Under the pieces are notes generated by a model. That model saw only the letters and a list, made by a program, of their open reading frames with translations, had not been told where the DNA came from and ran no database searches. The translations under genes were made by a program, and so were the position numbers. Positions 1-7,633 of a DNA stretch of 14,337 bases are shown here, one piece after another. The first letter of the stretch is position 1; each line of letters begins with the position of its first letter. Where the stretch lies: UHGV virus genome UHGV-0078064; one strand, written 5' to 3'. This DNA is from a virus.

Positions 1-68
1 TACGCAGTGTGCGCCGGGTCGCTGTTACCGAGCGGCTGGTTATGTGTGAAAACTTCAGTAATTGCCAT
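1..68 (-). CDS. D: Head decoration protein gpD, N-terminal 22 codons only (gene runs off the window start)
   Basis: Reverse complement of 1-68 translates [22 protein letters not shown], matching the lambda gpD N-terminus ([22 protein letters not shown]) as I recall it. AAGAGG Shine-Dalgarno lies 6 nt upstream and overlaps the C stop. Confidence 0.75.
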   Translation of the reverse strand, partial: [22 protein letters not shown]

Positions 69-77
69 GATAGCCTC

Positions 78-683
78 TTAAACGGGGGTGTTTAACAAAT
101 CGTCAGCGGCATCAGAAGATGCGCTACCTGCTGGGAGTGCACCGGGTGCTGTTTCCATCAAACGATCCAGCGCCGTATCGGTACGCGCCTGGGCACTTTG
201 CGGTGCAGCAGCCAGAATGCGCTGTGCGCTCTCTACCGTCATACCCGGCGTTTCGGCCAGTGCTCGTGCCTGTGACTCACGCCCTTTAGCCTCATCGCAG
301 TTCAGGATGCCCATGATGCGGCTATTCTCTGCAGCTACTGCTGCAGTAACCTGCGCACTGACATCTACAGGGGCCGCTACGGAAGCAATGGTCGTGTCAA
401 CGGTAGTGACCTGTTCAGCTGAGGCAGTTGTCTGAGTTGCTGCCTGGTCAACTGGCTTAGTGGTCACAGCTGAAGCAGAAGGTGATGGCATAGTTCCTCC
501 AAGGGTTGTTTTTTTGCGTCTGTCGAGTGCTTCGCGCATCACGCCGAGCGCATCGGTATTGTTAACAAGTTCATCCGCCAGTCCGTTATCCAAAGACTCC
601 TGGCCGGAGAATACTGCCGCTTCGGTGTCCAGCACGTCCTGAACAGACATGCCGGTATAAGCGGAAACCTTTTCGGCAAACAT
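78..683 (-). CDS. nu3: Scaffolding protein Nu3, nested in-frame within the 3' third of C
   Basis: Internal ATG at 681-683 (MFAEKVSAYTGM...) gives a 606-nt in-frame ORF sharing the C stop. Lambda Nu3 is 606 nt and starts at the equivalent MFAQKV position (established knowledge). No strong SD is visible. Confidence 0.6.
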   Translation of the reverse strand: MFAEKVSAYTGMSVQDVLDTEAAVFSGQESLDNGLADELVNNTDALGVMREALDRRKKTTLGGTMPSPSASAVTTKPVDQAATQTTASAEQVTTVDTTIASVAAPVDVSAQVTAAVAAENSRIMGILNCDEAKGRESQARALAETPGMTVESAQRILAAAPQSAQARTDTALDRLMETAPGALPAGSASSDAADDLLNTPV

Positions 684-1421
684 CTGACGAGTGGCATCGA
701 TACGCGTCTGGAAATCAGCACGCACATCTTTCGGAAGCTTTTCGTAAGGGTTGCCGTCGACCTTGCGATCGCCGCTGTAAATCAGCGTGACCTCAACGCC
801 GTTAGTTTTGAGCGCAGCGCCATAGTTGCTGTGCGCCATCATGACCCCAATGGAGCCGGTTCTGGCCGTTTGTGTGACCAGCCGTCGCGATGCCGAACTG
901 GCTATAAGCTGCCCTGCACTGCAGTTCATGTCATTGGCCAGCGCCCAGATGGGTTTGATATCGCGCATACGGGCTATAATGTCGGCGCAGTCAAACGCCC
1001 CGGACACCATTCCACCCGGCGTATCCATATCCAGAAGAATGCCGTCAACGCCGGGGTCACTGATTGCCTGCTGCAGGCGAGCAATGATCCCGTTGTAACC
1101 CGTCATGCCGGAATAAGGCTGAAGCGCACGGGTTTTACTGACCAGCGTGCCGGAAACCGGCAAGACCGCGATACCATTTGCCACCTGATAGCTGCGTGAT
1201 GGACGGGGATCCATGTCATCATCCTCACCAAACAGCGCCAGCGGTTCGGCTATTTGTCCGGCATCAAGCGTGATGCCAGAGACGGTATCTGTCAGCCGGG
1301 TGATGCCCAACTGGCCAGCCAGCGCGCAAAAGAAAACCCGCGCATAGGCGGGTTCAAGCATCAGCGGCTCATTAAAGGCCATACTGGCAATATGCGGAAG
1401 ATTACGCAGCTCGTGCGCCAT
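78..1421 (-). CDS. C: Head maturation protease / minor capsid protein C (S49-family peptidase)
   Basis: 447-aa ORF, near-identical along its length to lambda gpC as recalled ([40 protein letters not shown]...DLLNTPV). Overlaps B by 20 nt exactly as in lambda. Confidence 0.93.
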   Translation of the reverse strand: MAHELRNLPHIASMAFNEPLMLEPAYARVFFCALAGQLGITRLTDTVSGITLDAGQIAEPLALFGEDDDMDPRPSRSYQVANGIAVLPVSGTLVSKTRALQPYSGMTGYNGIIARLQQAISDPGVDGILLDMDTPGGMVSGAFDCADIIARMRDIKPIWALANDMNCSAGQLIASSASRRLVTQTARTGSIGVMMAHSNYGAALKTNGVEVTLIYSGDRKVDGNPYEKLPKDVRADFQTRIDATRQMFAEKVSAYTGMSVQDVLDTEAAVFSGQESLDNGLADELVNNTDALGVMREALDRRKKTTLGGTMPSPSASAVTTKPVDQAATQTTASAEQVTTVDTTIASVAAPVDVSAQVTAAVAAENSRIMGILNCDEAKGRESQARALAETPGMTVESAQRILAAAPQSAQARTDTALDRLMETAPGALPAGSASSDAADDLLNTPV

Positions 1422-2994
1422 CTTGCTCCTCCTCGTTTGATTTTTTCACTCCGGCCTCAAAAGCTGCAGCGGCCCATGCCGGTGGTTTCAGACCCGCAGC
1501 ACGACGCTCTATGGTTTCCCGGACCTGCTGGGCAAAAATCTCCTGATAATCATCACCGCGTTTGGCGCACTCTTTTTCATACGTGCTGAGACCTGCCTCA
1601 ATGAGCATGACGGCCTCCTGTACCTCTTTCAGCCCGTCAATTGCCATTCGACCAGAGCCAATCCAGTTGGCATTCCCCCAGGCTGTTCTCGCCTCCTGGA
1701 AACTGAACCGGGCTTTCGAAGGAAGCGTGACCACGCGGCGGACAATCGCCTCTTCAAGCCAGCAAAGAAACATCTGACAGGCCTGTCGGGATGCCACAAA
1801 CTTGCGACGCCCCATAAAGTACGCCCAGGACTCGTTAGCACTTGCGCGTGCGGTCGAGTAGCTCATCTGCGAATAGTTTCGCGAAAGCTGCTCATACGAC
1901 ACACCAAGCCCAGCGGCAATATAACGCAGCAGGGACTGTTCAAAAGTCGAGTAGCCGTTATCGGTATCCTGCGCCGACTGAAGGTTGAGAGAATCACCCG
2001 GCAACAGGTGTGGAACCCTTGCCCCACCCAGGCGAACAGGCGCAGCTGAGTAATAGGACGCCATTTCACCGAGCCAGCCCGTAAGTTTGCTCTGCTGCTC
2101 TTTATTATCCGCGCCGAGAATAAAGTCCATCGCCGATTGGGTATCCAGTTCACTCTCGATGGTAGCGGCATACATAGCCTTCACTATCGCGCTCTGGAGC
2201 TGGGTATTTTGCAGGGTATCGAGCATTTTCATCTGCTCCATCACGCTGTAAAACGCATTGGCCCCACGGGTCTGTCCATCCTCCATCGGTTCGAATACAT
2301 GGATAAATGAAGGTCGACCGCCGGGTAGTTCGCGAGGAATGTAGGTCCAGTTCTGCGCCATCCAGCCGGGATAACCATCGTCGCTGACGTAATATCCCAG
2401 CGCAGCACCGCTATCATTTATTTTCACACCGGCGCGACAGTTCCGGGTATCACCGATATTATTCGGATTGCTGACGCGCTTCGGACTGACCATTTTGAAC
2501 TGAGTACGGAAAAGACGCGTTGAATCGCTGTCCCAGGTCGCCTGCGTGCATAATTCACCGTTAAACGCGTGCATGGCCACACCTTCTCGGATCATCATCG
2601 TAAACGTTCGCTTACGCTCGGCATCAATCCCGCAAAAGTCGTCCTCGGCATACTCATTCCATGCAGCTTCCACATCCCGCGAGAATGCCCGTGAATCCTC
2701 CTCATTTATTCCCAGATAACGCCAGCTTGGTCGATAACTGAGTCTGAAAAATGACCCGACGATGTGGTCCTGGTGGAGCTGCACGGCGTTTGCCGCGTAG
2801 CCATTATTTCGCACCAGATCGTCAGCGCGGGCATTTCCGCGAGAATAGTTGGGTAGGAGTGCGGCATCTGCACTTTCACTCGGCGGATTCCAGCCTCGCA
2901 GCTGCCCACCAAACCCGCCTCCACCGCCATGATATCCTGCGTATTCCCGAAGGGATGTTTTCCCGTCAGGTCCCACCAAAGATGGTATTTTCAT
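1402..2994 (-). CDS. B: Portal protein B
   Basis: 530-aa ORF near-identical to lambda gpB as recalled ([25 protein letters not shown]...). Start overlaps the W stop by 4 nt. Confidence 0.93.
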   Translation of the reverse strand: MKIPSLVGPDGKTSLREYAGYHGGGGGFGGQLRGWNPPSESADAALLPNYSRGNARADDLVRNNGYAANAVQLHQDHIVGSFFRLSYRPSWRYLGINEEDSRAFSRDVEAAWNEYAEDDFCGIDAERKRTFTMMIREGVAMHAFNGELCTQATWDSDSTRLFRTQFKMVSPKRVSNPNNIGDTRNCRAGVKINDSGAALGYYVSDDGYPGWMAQNWTYIPRELPGGRPSFIHVFEPMEDGQTRGANAFYSVMEQMKMLDTLQNTQLQSAIVKAMYAATIESELDTQSAMDFILGADNKEQQSKLTGWLGEMASYYSAAPVRLGGARVPHLLPGDSLNLQSAQDTDNGYSTFEQSLLRYIAAGLGVSYEQLSRNYSQMSYSTARASANESWAYFMGRRKFVASRQACQMFLCWLEEAIVRRVVTLPSKARFSFQEARTAWGNANWIGSGRMAIDGLKEVQEAVMLIEAGLSTYEKECAKRGDDYQEIFAQQVRETIERRAAGLKPPAWAAAAFEAGVKKSNEEEQDGARAA

Positions 2995-3197
2995 ACGTAA
3001 AACCCTGCTGGCCCCCGGCGTCGTGATGTGGTGCCAACCTGAGATTCAAGGTCAGCAATATATTTTTTGAGATCGCTGACTGAAGTGGCTGTAAATTCCA
3101 CTCTTCGACCGTCTTTCTGTACCGTCGCCACGCGCTTTCCCATCATCAGGTCATGTAACGCAGCGCGCGCGGCATCCAGTTCAGTCTGTGTTGCCAT
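2991..3197 (-). CDS. W: Head-tail joining / head completion protein W
   Basis: 68 aa ([51 protein letters not shown]...[10 protein letters not shown]), matching lambda gpW as recalled. Sits between A and B as in lambda. Confidence 0.9.
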   Translation of the reverse strand: MATQTELDAARAALHDLMMGKRVATVQKDGRRVEFTATSVSDLKKYIADLESQVGTTSRRRGPAGFYV

Positions 3198-5119
3198 TAT
3201 TCATCTCCAGATAATGCCCGCGCGTAATCCGCCAGGGTCTTGTTATTGTTACGGCTGCCTTCTTCCTCCAGCAGGCTGGCCAGAAGTGAATCAAGATTTA
3301 GCTGCCAGCGGGATATGCTTATACGCAGCGCCGCCAGTGCATAAACAAAGCAATCGAGCGCCTCATTTCGTCGTTTTTTGCTGTCCCAGACGATCTTTTT
3401 CTTTCCGTCTACCCATTTTTCCACCTGCTCTTCAGCTGTTAGTTGTTGGGCCTCTGTTAGATCGTAGATTTCTGGGTTATTCGGGAAATGAACCGCTCCC
3501 GCCAGCGGCTCGTCTCTTTGCGCCACCAGCGTGAAACGGTTATAAATCTGCTCTTTTGCGGTGTCTGTTCCTACCTCTGTGAGGTAAACACCATTCTTGT
3601 TACGCTTGCGTGGCATGTTCGCCACTGGCTTTCCATAAACCGACGCCCCCTTTATAGGGATCACACGAAACAGACCGTGTTTTTTTGAGCGGTTGTAGAC
3701 GATGGTGGGATCAATGCCGCCAATATCCCAGCAAGTGCGGGATATAACCATTTCGAGACCGTTCTGGCGCTTATACGTCCTGTTGATCGCTTCATCAACT
3801 CGAGCGAGAGTCGACTCATCATCATGACGACCCATAATGATAATTTTGTCGATAAGCCAGCTTTCCTCTCCCGGCCCCCATCCCCAAACACGCATTTCGT
3901 AACGGTCAAGCTGGGAGTCAATACCCGCTGTCAGATATGCCACTCGCTCCGGCACAGACGCTTCAAAGTGCTCTTTTCGTTCCGCTAAAACTTCAGCATC
4001 GGGTCGTTCACCTATTTTCGGTTCCCACGTTTCGCCCAGGGTCGTGTTAACGAAAGTTTTTCGCTTACCCGTATCACCTTTTGTTTTTATCCAGTCCTTG
4101 ACGATCTGCACCCAGGTTGTGAACGGGCTATATGCGGTCCAGATGTGGAATGTAACGCTGTCAGGAGGTTCAATTTCGGTACCGGATGAAGAAAACCAGT
4201 TAAGGCCGTCTCGTGTCCAGATACCTGTTTCATCACAAATATACCTGGCCTCCAGAAATTCCAGCTCCTGTTGTTTAATCACACAGGCATTGTGTTCACA
4301 GAGGTAGTAAACGCTGGCAGGTTCTCCCGGAGACCATTTGAAGCCAAATGGTGTCTCTTTATCACCGAATTTCAGATACTGCTCTTCCCCACAGTGTGGG
4401 CATGGAACATGGAACCGAAGAAAATGTTCAGACTCCTTAGCAGCTCTTTCTATCTGGCACGTACCTTTGACTTTCGGTGTAGATCCGCGAATGGATTTCG
4501 GCCATACAGAACCCTCAATACGCTTATCACCCAGAAAGGTGGGAGAACCTTCTTTCTCGATGTCATCATCGAAAGCGGCGAGCTCGTCGTAGCCAGCCAC
4601 ATCAACTGATTTTTCACGGTAGTTTTTTGCAGCCTTACCGCCCAGGCACCAGAAACCACGACCATTCGAGAAACGCTTCATGCTCAGCGTATTGTCCCGG
4701 TGTTTTTTACCGTACCAGGGAGCAAGCGCCAGCAACGTCGGAATATCACGAATGGTCGGTTCTACATGAGACTTCATGAAGTTTTCAGCATCACCGTCGG
4801 TTGGTAACCATATTAGGGAGTTACGCTGTTTATGTTGGATGAAATATGCGTAAACGCCGAGCAACATTTTTGAGTAGCCGACACGAGCCGATTTAACGAC
4901 ATTCACCTCGCGAATATAGTCATTACCCATCGCATTCATAATTGCACGCTGAAATGGCAGTGTTTCCCAGCGCCCTTCCTGGTAGGCAGACTCTTTCGGG
5001 AGATAATAATTCTCATCTGCCCATTCAACTGCTGTTTGCGGTTGCGGCCGGTACAGCGAACGTAACCCCGCCCGCGCAGAGTGCTGCAGCCCCTTAACCT
5101 GACTGTTCGATATATTCAC
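3197..5119 (-). CDS. A: Terminase large subunit A
   Basis: 640-aa ORF near-identical to lambda gpA as recalled (lambda is 641 aa). Its start lies 26 nt inside the 3' end of Nu1, as in lambda. Confidence 0.95.
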   Translation of the reverse strand: MNISNSQVKGLQHSARAGLRSLYRPQPQTAVEWADENYYLPKESAYQEGRWETLPFQRAIMNAMGNDYIREVNVVKSARVGYSKMLLGVYAYFIQHKQRNSLIWLPTDGDAENFMKSHVEPTIRDIPTLLALAPWYGKKHRDNTLSMKRFSNGRGFWCLGGKAAKNYREKSVDVAGYDELAAFDDDIEKEGSPTFLGDKRIEGSVWPKSIRGSTPKVKGTCQIERAAKESEHFLRFHVPCPHCGEEQYLKFGDKETPFGFKWSPGEPASVYYLCEHNACVIKQQELEFLEARYICDETGIWTRDGLNWFSSSGTEIEPPDSVTFHIWTAYSPFTTWVQIVKDWIKTKGDTGKRKTFVNTTLGETWEPKIGERPDAEVLAERKEHFEASVPERVAYLTAGIDSQLDRYEMRVWGWGPGEESWLIDKIIIMGRHDDESTLARVDEAINRTYKRQNGLEMVISRTCWDIGGIDPTIVYNRSKKHGLFRVIPIKGASVYGKPVANMPRKRNKNGVYLTEVGTDTAKEQIYNRFTLVAQRDEPLAGAVHFPNNPEIYDLTEAQQLTAEEQVEKWVDGKKKIVWDSKKRRNEALDCFVYALAALRISISRWQLNLDSLLASLLEEEGSRNNNKTLADYARALSGDE

Positions 5120-5639
5120 TCAGCAACCCCGGTATCATTTCATCCAGCGCAGCTGCCTTGTTCATGGCCTTAATGATGTCCTTCTTGAGGAAATCAATAT
5201 GTCGGTTCTCCAGCTCCGGGAAGCGCCGCTGAACCGACAGAGGTATTCCATCGAGAATGCTGGCGATTTCTCCGGCTACCCGCGACAGCACGAACGTGCA
5301 GAATGCGGTCTCCACCACTTCAGCGGACTCTTTTGCATTTTTTAATTCCTGAGCGTCAGCCTGAGCTCGCGTAAGTCGGTGTCGCTCATATTCAATCGTG
5401 CCAGGTTGAAGATCGGACTCAGAAGCGATACGGAGATCTTCAACTTCCTTCCGCAACTTTTCATTTTCTATAGCTGCATCGCGCGCACTGTACCATTCGA
5501 TTGCAGCAGCAGATTCAAAGAGAACCTCATTACCTTTGCCACCACCGCGGACAACCGGCATACCTTGCTCCTGCCAGTTCTGAATCGTTCGGACGCTTAC
5601 CCCGAAAATTTCGGATAAGCGTTTTTTGTTAACCTCCAT
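5094..5639 (-). CDS. nu1: Terminase small subunit Nu1
   Basis: 181 aa, MEVNKK...IQNWQEQGMPV...GGGKGNEV... through ...[10 protein letters not shown], near-identical to lambda gpNu1 as recalled. Immediately downstream of the cosB R sites. Confidence 0.95.
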   Translation of the reverse strand: MEVNKKRLSEIFGVSVRTIQNWQEQGMPVVRGGGKGNEVLFESAAAIEWYSARDAAIENEKLRKEVEDLRIASESDLQPGTIEYERHRLTRAQADAQELKNAKESAEVVETAFCTFVLSRVAGEIASILDGIPLSVQRRFPELENRHIDFLKKDIIKAMNKAAALDEMIPGLLSEYIEQSG

Positions 5640-5835
5640 GGCTTACTCCTGGCAAAAAACAGAGAAAGGAAACAATCAACGGTAAACTTCCGTTTTCCTT
5701 GCTCAGCATTTCCTTTCTGGAGAGAGGACGTTTTTAACAAAAACAATGAGTAAACAAGAAGAAGAACGGAAATGGCATAAACCAGAAAATTTTCATAAAT
5801 AGCGAGAATCTGCGCGGACGCCGCCCCGTAACAAG
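5640..5835. other. cos: cos site: cosB (R1, I1, R2, R3 terminase-binding repeats) and cosN nicking region
   Basis: Reverse complement reads ...GTTACG GGGCGGCGTCCG CGCAGATTCTCGCTATTTATGAAAATTTTCTGGTTTATGCCATTTCCGTTCTTC...GTTTCCTTTCTC...ATG(Nu1), matching the lambda cos layout. R-like elements: gagaaaggaaac (about 5662-5673), tttcctttct in opposite orientation (about 5709-5718), gaagaacggaaatgg (about 5761-5775). Predicted 12-nt cohesive end is GGGCGGCGTCCG (+ strand about 5815-5826); lambda has GGGCGGCGACCT. Confidence 0.85.
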
Positions 5836-5884
5836 GCGGATCGCCGGAAAGGACCCGCAAACGATAATAATTATCAATTGCACA

Positions 5885-6349
5885 CTATCGACGGCACTGC
5901 TGCCAGATAACACCACCGGGGAAACATTCCATCATGATGGCCGTGCGGACATAGGAAGCCAGTTCATCCATCGCTTTCTTGTCTGCTGCCATTTGCTTTG
6001 TGACATCCAGCGCCGCACATTCAGCAGCGTTTTTCAGCGCGTTTTCGATCAACGTTTCAATGTTGGTATCAACACCAGGTTTAACTTTGAACTTATCGGC
6101 ACTGACGGTTACCTTGTTCTGCGCTGGCTCATCACGCTGGATACCAAGGCTGATGTTGTAGATATTGGTCACCGGCTGAGGTGTTTCGATTGCCGCTGCG
6201 TGGATAGCACCATTTGCGATAGCGGCGTCCTTGATGAATGACACTCCATTGCGAATAAGTTCGAAGGAGACGGTGTCACGAATGCGCTGGTCCAGCTCGT
6301 CGATTGCCTTTTGTGCAGCAGAGGTATCAATCTCAACGCCAAGCGTCAT
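5885..6349 (-). CDS. Hypothetical protein, cos-proximal late-strand accessory gene
   Basis: 154-aa ORF (MTLGVEIDTSAAQKAIDELDQRIRDTVSFELIRNG...) with ATG start, 12 nt downstream of the preceding gene's stop, ending 55-60 nt before cosN. No family recognised from memory. Occupies the position of lambda's post-bor ORFs but does not resemble them by size or order. Confidence 0.6.
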   Translation of the reverse strand: MTLGVEIDTSAAQKAIDELDQRIRDTVSFELIRNGVSFIKDAAIANGAIHAAAIETPQPVTNIYNISLGIQRDEPAQNKVTVSADKFKVKPGVDTNIETLIENALKNAAECAALDVTKQMAADKKAMDELASYVRTAIMMECFPGGVIWQQCRR

Positions 6350-6361
6350 CGAAGCGCAATA

Positions 6362-6613
6362 TTACTGCTCACCAAAACGCGTATTGACCAGGTGTTCAAC
6401 GGCAAATTTCTGCCCTTCTGATGTCAGAAAGGTAAAGTGATTTTCTTTCTGGTATTCAGTTGCTGTGTGTCTGGTTTCAGCAAAACCAAGCTCGCGCAAT
6501 TCGGCTGTGCCAGATTTAGAAGGCAGATCACCAGACAGCAACGCGCCACGGAAAAACAGCGCATAAAGCACTTCATTAGCAGCGCCAGATAGCGTAATGA
6601 TTTTGTTACTCAT
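6362..6613 (-). CDS. Hypothetical small protein, cos-proximal late-strand accessory gene
   Basis: 83 aa from the ATG at 6611-6613 (MSNKIITLSGAANEVLYALFFRGALLSGDL...), with AAGGAAA SD about 6 nt upstream. The ORF track's 96-aa version starts at a TTG at 6652 with no SD. No family recognised. Confidence 0.6.
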   Translation of the reverse strand: MSNKIITLSGAANEVLYALFFRGALLSGDLPSKSGTAELRELGFAETRHTATEYQKENHFTFLTSEGQKFAVEHLVNTRFGEQ

Positions 6614-6632
6614 GGAATATTTCCTTTTAGGC

Positions 6633-6686
6633 GTGAGCCTGTCGCACGGCAAAGCCGCCGAAAGTTAACGGTTTGCCCAGGCTCAC
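6633..6686. repeat. Perfect 9-bp inverted repeat GTGAGCCTG / CAGGCTCAC with a 36-bp spacer that contains a nested GGCAAA/TTTGCC pair
   Basis: Read directly: arms at 6633-6641 and 6678-6686, nested complementary hexamers at 6648-6653 and 6672-6677, GTTAAC palindrome in the centre. Lies 20-73 nt upstream of the 83-aa gene start. Confidence 0.7.
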
Positions 6687-6724
6687 AGCTGAAAGACTTT
6701 CTACGATGTGCGCGTGCGATGCGC

Positions 6725-6749
6725 ATAAAAAAGCCGCGTGATGGCGGCT
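6725..6749 (-). terminator. Candidate rho-independent terminator (minus strand)
   Basis: Minus-strand RNA: AGCCGC-CAUCAC-GCGGCU (6-bp GC-rich stem, 6-nt loop) followed by UUUUUAU. The + strand tail is weaker (ACUGUUUG). Confidence 0.55.
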
Positions 6750-6878
6750 ACTGTTTGAATATCAGGGTGTTGTTTCGTCTTAACCCTGGTTAATGTAGGC
6801 ATTCAGCCCGTCGGTGGTGGGACACTGGCGCACTTAATAAAGAGTACTGGCTGATTACCTCAGAATAAGGAATCAAAA

Positions 6879-7139
6879 ATGTCAGAAGGTTTTGGTTTAA
6901 AAGAAAAGGTTGAGCAGTTAGAAAAAGAATTAGCCGTACAAAAAATAGCAAATCAGCTTGCTTTTGGAGCACTAATTAAAGCAGTTAATGAGCTGTACCC
7001 GAACAAAGATTTATATGATGGGTTGACAAAATTTGTCCAGGAAAAACTTGATCCTGAACGTGTTAAAAACATCCCTAATCTTCACGAGGCCTTTCTAGAA
7101 GCTGCGAAAATACTGAGGACTGACGCATCTCCTGAATAA
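6879..7139 (+). CDS. Hypothetical protein encoded on the opposite strand, AT-rich (moron-like)
   Basis: 86-aa ORF (MSEGFGLKEKVEQLEKELAVQKIANQLAFGALIKAVNELYPNKDLYDGL...), with AAGGA SD 7 nt upstream of the ATG. Conspicuously AT-rich relative to flanking phage genes. It is the only convincing + strand gene in the window and sits where lambda has bor (also opposite strand), but the product is not Bor-like and has no lipoprotein signal. Confidence 0.6.
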   Translation: MSEGFGLKEKVEQLEKELAVQKIANQLAFGALIKAVNELYPNKDLYDGLTKFVQEKLDPERVKNIPNLHEAFLEAAKILRTDASPE

Positions 7140-7233
7140 TTTTATCAACAAAGGCAGTTGTGTCCTCTTGCTTTTCATTCACAATGCATGTGACTGCCTT
7201 TTCTAAAGCTGTAATTCGTTCTTCAAGTGTCAT
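7075..7233 (-). CDS. Possible small ORF (52 aa) convergent with and overlapping the 3' end of the + strand gene
   Basis: ATG at 7231-7233 (MTLEERITALEKAVTCIVNEKQEDTTAFVDKIIQEMRQSSVFSQLLERPRED) preceded by AGGAG with 5-nt spacing. Overlaps the + gene by 65 bp. The ORF track extends it to a TTG at 7257. Coding status uncertain. Confidence 0.3.
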   Translation of the reverse strand: MTLEERITALEKAVTCIVNEKQEDTTAFVDKIIQEMRQSSVFSQLLERPRED

Positions 7234-7292
7234 ACCCACTCCTGTCATTGGCTTCAAAATGATAAACCCCGCATTTGCAAGTCCTATTTATA

Positions 7293-7331
7293 CCCCGCAG
7301 GGGATAAAAACCATATTATCCGCTTGCGGGG
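7293..7331. repeat. Imperfect palindrome CCCCGCAGGGGATAA-(8 nt)-TTATCCGCTTGCGGGG
   Basis: Read directly: GGATAA/TTATCC (6 bp) and CCCCGC/GCGGGG (6 bp) arms separated by a small internal loop. No clean U-tract on either strand. On the minus strand it abuts a TATAAAT element. Confidence 0.6.
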
Positions 7332-7373
7332 ATATCCATTATCAAGCCCACCAGCAGGTGAGCTTTGGAATGG

Positions 7374-7631
7374 TTACTTCGCTTTTGCTTCCGCTCGCTT
7401 ACGCCGGCGCTCTTCTTTCCTCTCGGCTTTTGCCATGTCCATGAATGCCTGCATGATCGAGTTCCGCATCATGTAGCTGACAAAGTGATGGTTGACACAG
7501 CCGTTGAGGCGCAGCTGCTCGCCAAACTCATCCACCGAGGCCAATGCTTCCATCATGCCCTTCTCGCCTTTCATGAACTCTGAGAAGTCGCGCCCCGCTC
7601 TGGAGGCGCATTCTATTATTCGGGTGCTCAT
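7374..7631 (-). CDS. Hypothetical small protein with a lysine/arginine-rich C-terminal tail, coupled to the upstream KilA-N gene
   Basis: 85 aa from the ATG at 7629-7631 (MSTRIIECASRAGRDFSEFMKGEKGMMEALASVDEFGEQL...AKAERKEERRRKRAEAKAK). Its start is 2 nt after the KilA-N gene stop (TGAtcATG). The ORF track's 105-aa version overlaps the upstream gene. Confidence 0.55.
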   Translation of the reverse strand: MSTRIIECASRAGRDFSEFMKGEKGMMEALASVDEFGEQLRLNGCVNHHFVSYMMRNSIMQAFMDMAKAERKEERRRKRAEAKAK

Positions 7632-7633
7632 GA

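Noticed and set aside
88-435. 115-aa + strand ORF, one of several long + strand ORFs (also 3067-3534, 4271-4609, 11908-12207, 13893-14297) lying antisense to lambda-homologous minus-strand genes
   Set aside because: Each lies entirely inside a well-supported, lambda-conserved minus-strand gene. They have low-complexity, Ser/Ala/Arg-rich compositions typical of antisense frames in GC-rich coding DNA and no convincing SD. Treated as spurious.
6362-6652. 96-aa version of the 83-aa gene starting at a TTG at 6652
   Set aside because: The internal ATG at 6613 has a proper AAGGAAA SD. The TTG extension has no ribosome-binding site and would run through the inverted-repeat element.
7160-7444. 94-aa + strand ORF between the AT-rich gene and the 85-aa gene
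   Set aside because: No SD, overlaps the minus-strand small ORF and the palindrome, and has an odd composition. Likely non-coding intergenic sequence.
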